Of a stretch of 64,000 nucleotides of DNA, positions 58,971 to 64,000 are shown one piece after another (within the stretch, counting starts at the first letter, position 1; each line of letters opens with the position of its first letter). Source of the stretch: an uncultured Gemmatimonadales bacterium (GTDB lineage: Bacteria > Gemmatimonadota > Gemmatimonadetes > Longimicrobiales > Gaopeijiaceae); the NCBI GenBank assembly GCA_963809895.1, contig CAWELD010000010.1:1152001-1216000 (forward strand). The letters run 5' to 3'. The notes below the pieces were generated by a model. It was not told the DNA's origin. It saw nothing but the letters and a program-made list of their open reading frames with translations, and did not search any database. The position numbers and the translations under genes are program-made.

Positions 58971-60770
58971 TCAGCTTCCATCCGCTCGTTGCTGCTCCTG
59001 CACCCAGGCTTCGATGTTGTCGCCCAGCATGGGCAGGCTCACCGCGCCGTCGGCCAGGACGCGATCGTGGAAGGCCTTGATGTCGAAGGCCTCGCCCAGT
59101 CGCTGCTCGGCGTCGCTCCTGAGGCGCTGGATCTCCAGGCTGCCCAGCATGTAGCTGGTGGCCTGACCGGGCACCGCGATGTAACGGTCGATCTCGCCGG
59201 CCACGCTGTTGGCGCCCTCGGCCGTGTGCTCCAGCATGTACTCGATGGCCTGCTGGCGGGTCCACCCCAGCGCGTGCATCCCCGGATCCACCACCAGCCG
59301 GGCCGCCCTGAGCGCCGCGTTGGACAGGCGTCCCATGCGGTCCACGTCGCTGGTGTAGAGCCCCATCTCTTCGGCCAGTGCCTCGCTGTAGAGCCCCCAG
59401 CCCTCGGCCATGCCGGCGCTGTAGAAGTACTGGAGCAGCGGGTGCAGCCCGCTCCGGGCCAAAGCCACCGACATCTGCAGGTGGTGCCCTGGATAGGTCT
59501 CGTGATAGGCCGTGGACTCCATGCCGGCGCGGCTGATGGTCTCGGGCAGGTAGGTACCCAGCTCGTAGGTGCCGGGCCGGCTGCCGTCCTGGGCGCCGGC
59601 GGAGTAGAAGCCGCCGCCGGACTGCTTCTGGAAGGCCGGGAACGGCTTGACGATCACCTCGGCGTCGGGCACGAAGCCGAACCAGTCGGGCACGGCGGCC
59701 TTGCCTCGCTCCACCGCGGCCCGGGCGTAGGCCAGCACGTCGTCGGCGGTGCGGAAGGTGTAGGCGGTGTCGGTGCGGAGCCGCTCCAGCACGGCGTGCA
59801 CGTCGTCGGTGCCGAAGCTCCGTCGCGCGATCTCCGTCATCTCGGCTTCGATGCGCTCCATCTGCCGGAGGCCCGCCTGATGGATCTCGTCCGGCGTGGG
59901 CGAGAGCGAGGACCAGAAGGTCACCGAGGCCCGGTAGCAGTCCTGGCCGCCGGGGTTGGCGCTCACGCCCACTTCGGTGCGGGCCGCGGCGCGGTATTCG
60001 TCGCGCAGGTAGTCGCGGTAGCTGGTGATGGCGGGCCGGATCTCGTCACGGACGATCGTCGCCACCTGCTCGGCGAACTCCGGGTCACCGTCGCGGGCCG
60101 CCGGGTTGTAGAAGGGGGAGTCCTCGACGGGAGCCTCCAGCATGCCATCGACCTGCCCCAGGACCGCGTCCACCCCGCTCTGCGGCGCCGTGTACCCCTG
60201 GCGTACGCCTTCCCGGAGGTTGGCGACGAGGGTGTTCAGGTACCGTGGCACGTCGTGGAGGCGGGCCAGGGCGTCGGCCCGGGTCTCGGCGTCACCCACG
60301 GGCTGCACCGCGAAGGTGGAGGGCAGCATGCTCTGCCATCCTGTCCAGGTGGGGCTCACGTTCCAGAGCTCCATCCTGCACACCCGGCGCGCGGTGGCGG
60401 CCTCCAGGCGCTGCACGAGGAAGGTGTAGGGGATCCACGCATCGGTGCCCCGGACGGCTTCGGCGTCGAGACCGCGGAGCTCGGCCAGCCAGGCGTCTTC
60501 GCGGGCTTCCCAGGCGGCGATGGCCTCGACGCTGCGGTCGCCGAGACGGTCCCAGGGCGTGTCGGGGTACCCGATCTCGAAGGCTTCTTCCGGGAACTGG
60601 TGGTAGTAGGCGTCCGAGTACTCGCGGGCGATGGCATCGGCGCGGGCGGCGGGATCCGTGGCGGCCATGTCACCTCCAGGCGCGGTGTCTCCGCCGCAGG
60701 CCGCGGCGAAGACGGTGCAGGCGATGAGGAGTGCGGAGGCGCCGCGGCCGGCTCGGGACGCTCGGGTCAT
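58971..60770 (-). CDS. DUF885 family lipoprotein
   Basis: Lipobox FAAAC; HETYPGHHLQ, EGWGLYSE, RAARLVVD.G.H, PGQATSY, AFHD.VL..G. Confidence 0.9.
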   Translation of the reverse strand: MTRASRAGRGASALLIACTVFAAACGGDTAPGGDMAATDPAARADAIAREYSDAYYHQFPEEAFEIGYPDTPWDRLGDRSVEAIAAWEAREDAWLAELRGLDAEAVRGTDAWIPYTFLVQRLEAATARRVCRMELWNVSPTWTGWQSMLPSTFAVQPVGDAETRADALARLHDVPRYLNTLVANLREGVRQGYTAPQSGVDAVLGQVDGMLEAPVEDSPFYNPAARDGDPEFAEQVATIVRDEIRPAITSYRDYLRDEYRAAARTEVGVSANPGGQDCYRASVTFWSSLSPTPDEIHQAGLRQMERIEAEMTEIARRSFGTDDVHAVLERLRTDTAYTFRTADDVLAYARAAVERGKAAVPDWFGFVPDAEVIVKPFPAFQKQSGGGFYSAGAQDGSRPGTYELGTYLPETISRAGMESTAYHETYPGHHLQMSVALARSGLHPLLQYFYSAGMAEGWGLYSEALAEEMGLYTSDVDRMGRLSNAALRAARLVVDPGMHALGWTRQQAIEYMLEHTAEGANSVAGEIDRYIAVPGQATSYMLGSLEIQRLRSDAEQRLGEAFDIKAFHDRVLADGAVSLPMLGDNIEAWVQEQQRADGS

Positions 60771-60866
60771 GGGATCTCCTGGACGGGCAGGTGGGGGGCG
60801 ACCTTCGTGCCTTCTCTCGCGGGCAAAGTGGGGCCCGACCCTCGGGCACACCACCGGGGGCGCGGG

Positions 60867-63215
60867 TCAGAGCGTGCCGGCCGCGCTCCGGGCCGCCGCG
60901 ACGGCCACCTGACCGAAGGCGATCCCCCCGTCGTTGGGCGGAAGCCGGCCGGGCACCAGCACCTCGATGCCGCCCTCGCCCAGGAGCGTCGCCGTGCGCT
61001 CCAGCAGGAGCACGTTCTGGAAGACGCCGCCGGACAGGACGGCGGTGGTGAGACCCTCGGTCCGTGCGATGCGGAGCACCGCGTCGGCCGTGGCCCGCGC
61101 CAGGCTTTCGTGGAATCGCAGGCCAATGCGGCCGGGCAGGGTGCCTTTCGCGATGTCGTCCAGGATGGCGCGGATCGTCTCCCGGGGATCCAGCACCAGG
61201 CCGTCGGGGGATTCCTCGACGGGGAGCGGATAGGGATCCGGCTCCGAGCCGCCTCTCTCCGCATCGAGCGATTCCGCCGCCGCCATCTCCAGCTCGATGG
61301 CGGCCTGGCCCTCGTAGCGGATCTCGGCCCGGACACCCGCCAGGGCGGCCACGCCATCGAAGAGCCGTCCCGCGCTGGAGGTCACGGGAGAGCGGACGCC
61401 GGCCCGGCGCACGGCGGCCACGGCCTGCCAGCGCTCGGGATCCACGGAGTCGGACAGGGTCGCGGGGATCTCCGACACCTCCTGACCCAGGCTCTCCACC
61501 AGCCAGGTGAGCGCCATGCGCCAGGGCTGGCGGATGGCCTGGGCGCCGCCGGGCATGGGCACGGGACGGATCCACCCCCGCCGGCGGAAGTCCAGCAGGT
61601 CGCCCACCAGGATCTCCCCGCCCCAGATGGTGCCGTCGGTGCCGAGCCCGGTGCCGTCGAAGATGGCGCCCACCGCCGGGCCCGGGTGGCCGTGCTCGGC
61701 CAGACAGGCGGCCAGGTGCGCATGATGGTGCTGGATTCCCAGTGGCGGGAGCTCCGCGCGCTCATCCAGAGCGTACTTCGTCGACAGGTAGTCGGGATGG
61801 AGGTCGTGGACCACCAGCTCCGGCTCCACGTCGAAGAGGCGCTGGAAGTGCTCCACGCCTTCGGTGAACGAGCGCAGGGTCTCGTAGTTCTCCAGGTCGC
61901 CGATGTGGTGTCCCATCCAGGCTCGCCTTCCGCGCGCCACGCAGAAGGTGTTCTTGAGCTCGGCGCCGCAGGCCAGGAGCGGCGGCGCGTTCATGGGGAG
62001 CTCGATGGGAACCGGCACCCACCCCCGGCTGCGGCGAAGCATCATGGGCTGGCGCCGGCCGGCCACGCGCACGACCCGGACCACCGAGTCGTCGGTGCGG
62101 GTCTCGATGGGCCGGTCGTGCACCAGAAACAGGTCGGCGATCTCGGCGAGGCGCGTGAGCGCGTCGTCGTCCCGGAATGCGATGGGCTCGTCGGAGACGT
62201 TGCCGCTGGTCATCACGAGCGGCGTGCCCACGTCGCGCAGCAGAAGGTGGTGGAGCGGCGTGTAGGGCAGCATGAGCCCGAGATCGCGGTGGCCGGGAGC
62301 GACGGCGGCGGCGACCGCCGCCTCGGGCAGGCGAGGCGCCAGCACGATCGGTCGCTGGCGGGACTCCAGGAGCGCGGCCTCTTCGGGTCCGAGCTCTGCC
62401 AGCGTCTCGGCGGTGGCCCGGTCCGGCACCATGAGCGCGAAGGGCTTGTCCTCGCGGTGCTTGCGGGCCCGCAACGTCGCGACCGTGCCCTCGTCGTCGG
62501 CGCGGCACGCCAGGTGGTATCCCCCCAGACCCTTCACGGCGAGGATCGCCCCGCCGGTGAGGACGCGGGCGGCCTGGCGGACCACGTCGCCGGCACCATC
62601 CCCAGCCGGGACCGGCACCCCGGCGGCATCGAGGAGCGTCACGCGGGGGCCGCACACCGGGCAGGCGTTGGGCTGCGCGTGGAAGCGGCGGTTGGCCGGG
62701 TCCTCGTACTCGGCCCGGCAGCGCTCGCACATCTCGAAGCCGGCCATGGTGGTGAGGGGCCGGTCGTAGGGCACGTCGCGCACGATGGTGAAGCGGGGTC
62801 CGCAGTTGGTGCAGTTGATGAAGGGATAGCGGTAGCGCCGGTCGGCCGGGTCGAAGAGCTCGCGCAGGCAGTCGTCGCAGGTGGCGGTGTCGGGGCCCAC
62901 GAGGACGTCGGAGCGCGGGGCGGCACCGCTGCGGGCGATGTGGAATCCCCCGTCGGATTCCGTGGAAACGTCCCGCACCTGGACCTCGTCCACGCGGGCG
63001 AGGGGCGGCGCGTCATCCTTCACGCGGCGCACCATGTCGCGCAGCGCGTCTTCGGCCCCCTGGACCTCGATCTCCACCCCGCGGGCGTCGTTGCGGACCC
63101 ATCCCACGAGGGCCAGCTCAGTGGCCAGCCGGTAGACGTGGGGGCGAAACCCGACGCCCTGCACGATGCCGATGACGCGGATGTTGATGCGTCGGGGGGA
63201 TGGGGTGGCGGTCAT
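60867..63215 (-). CDS. hypF: [NiFe]-hydrogenase maturation carbamoyltransferase
   Basis: GIVQGVGFRP, two Zn fingers (CDDC..CTNC; CERC..CPVC), KGLGGYHL, HDLHPDY, HHHAH, PPNDGG. Confidence 0.97.
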   Translation of the reverse strand: MTATPSPRRINIRVIGIVQGVGFRPHVYRLATELALVGWVRNDARGVEIEVQGAEDALRDMVRRVKDDAPPLARVDEVQVRDVSTESDGGFHIARSGAAPRSDVLVGPDTATCDDCLRELFDPADRRYRYPFINCTNCGPRFTIVRDVPYDRPLTTMAGFEMCERCRAEYEDPANRRFHAQPNACPVCGPRVTLLDAAGVPVPAGDGAGDVVRQAARVLTGGAILAVKGLGGYHLACRADDEGTVATLRARKHREDKPFALMVPDRATAETLAELGPEEAALLESRQRPIVLAPRLPEAAVAAAVAPGHRDLGLMLPYTPLHHLLLRDVGTPLVMTSGNVSDEPIAFRDDDALTRLAEIADLFLVHDRPIETRTDDSVVRVVRVAGRRQPMMLRRSRGWVPVPIELPMNAPPLLACGAELKNTFCVARGRRAWMGHHIGDLENYETLRSFTEGVEHFQRLFDVEPELVVHDLHPDYLSTKYALDERAELPPLGIQHHHAHLAACLAEHGHPGPAVGAIFDGTGLGTDGTIWGGEILVGDLLDFRRRGWIRPVPMPGGAQAIRQPWRMALTWLVESLGQEVSEIPATLSDSVDPERWQAVAAVRRAGVRSPVTSSAGRLFDGVAALAGVRAEIRYEGQAAIELEMAAAESLDAERGGSEPDPYPLPVEESPDGLVLDPRETIRAILDDIAKGTLPGRIGLRFHESLARATADAVLRIARTEGLTTAVLSGGVFQNVLLLERTATLLGEGGIEVLVPGRLPPNDGGIAFGQVAVAAARSAAGTL

Positions 63216-63360
63216 GCAGCAAGCTAGCCGGAGGCGGGAGCGGGGCGCGAGGCGGGGGGACGGTTGCCCCTCCGACTCATCCGGAGCACCTTGCGCGGTC
63301 CCTTCCTGCAGGAGCGGAAGTGGGCATCTCGCCGCCCACGCACCTGGACCGGAGCGACAC

Positions 63361-64000
63361 TTGAACTTCTGGGAACGCCTGCGCTGGGACCTCGCTCGGC
63401 AGTACTACCAGGCCAGGAAGGTCCTCCTGCGCTGGAAGATCGGAGACCGGTGGGAAGACGACGCGGCCTTCGGGCGCCGCCGGTATCCGGACTACGAGAC
63501 GTACATCGAGCACCAGAAGACCAAGTTCAGCGCGCTGCGCTCCAAGTCGATCCTGGGCCACGACGAGCGCTTTCATCGGGCGTTGTGCGAGCGCCTGGCC
63601 GAGCTGCCGCTGGAGCTGCAGGGCCGCGGCGTGCTCTGTCTGGCAGCGCGCCAGGGGAGCGAGGTGCGCGCCTTCATCGATCAGGGCGCGTTCGCCGTGG
63701 GCATCGACCTGAATCCCGGGCGTTCGAACTCCTACGTGGTGACGGGGGATTTCCACGACCTGCAGTTCGCCGACGAGTCCGTGGACCTGGTCTACACCAA
63801 CTCCCTGGACCACGCCTTCGACCTGCAGAAGATCCTGGCCGAGGTGAAGCGGGTGCTGAAGCCCGATGGGGGGCTCATCGTCGAGGCGAACCTGAACGCC
63901 GACGAGGGGGGCGCTCAGGCGGGGCCGTACGAGAGCATGGTCTGGGAGGATGCGGACGCGCTCCTCGAGCGCATCGAAGCGTGCGGGTTCCAGCTCGTGG
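63361..64000 (+). CDS. Class I SAM-dependent methyltransferase (runs off the window)
   Basis: Hand translation from TTG 63361 (GGAG upstream), not in the ORF track: VLCLAARQGSEV, GIDL, GDFHDLQF..ESVD, EVKRVLKPDG. Confidence 0.8.
   Translation, partial: MNFWERLRWDLARQYYQARKVLLRWKIGDRWEDDAAFGRRRYPDYETYIEHQKTKFSALRSKSILGHDERFHRALCERLAELPLELQGRGVLCLAARQGSEVRAFIDQGAFAVGIDLNPGRSNSYVVTGDFHDLQFADESVDLVYTNSLDHAFDLQKILAEVKRVLKPDGGLIVEANLNADEGGAQAGPYESMVWEDADALLERIEACGFQLV

Noticed and set aside
58305..63227. 1640-aa plus-strand ORF
   Set aside because: Antisense shadow of cysK, DUF885 and hypF, as expected in high-GC DNA.

Overview
High-GC bacterial chromosomal window with about 55 CDS. The gene repertoire (PadR plus two duplicated-orphan ABC permeases, DUF885, DUF2911, STAND-LuxR) suggests a Gemmatimonadota/Acidobacteriota-like organism; this is an inference. 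Housekeeping genes: tyrS, purE-purK, greA, cysK, and an isolated hypF. Accessory modules: (1) an octaheme HAO-family cytochrome coupled to an internally duplicated His-motif membrane protein; (2) an AttEFGH-like ABC/lipocalin operon ending in a lipid kinase; (3) a VOC dioxygenase/esterase pair; (4) a cytochrome c next to a Tat-exported flavoprotein; (5) a lower-GC surface-polysaccharide insert containing a decayed copy of the priming glycosyltransferase; (6) a TetR-TolC-HlyD-ABC (YbhGFSR-like) efflux operon. Two CDS carry single-base frameshifts, probably sequencing errors. The most unusual non-genic signal is at about 46570-46905 (minus strand): a promoter-to-terminator structured RNA with a perfect 14-nt complement of the 16S rRNA 3' tail preceding a 20-codon ORF. 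A 1-kb intergenic region (43957-44940) holds a G-skewed tract and five 41-bp tandem repeats. I saw no rRNA, tRNA, CRISPR array or transposase. All family calls come from motif recognition by eye; no searches were run.
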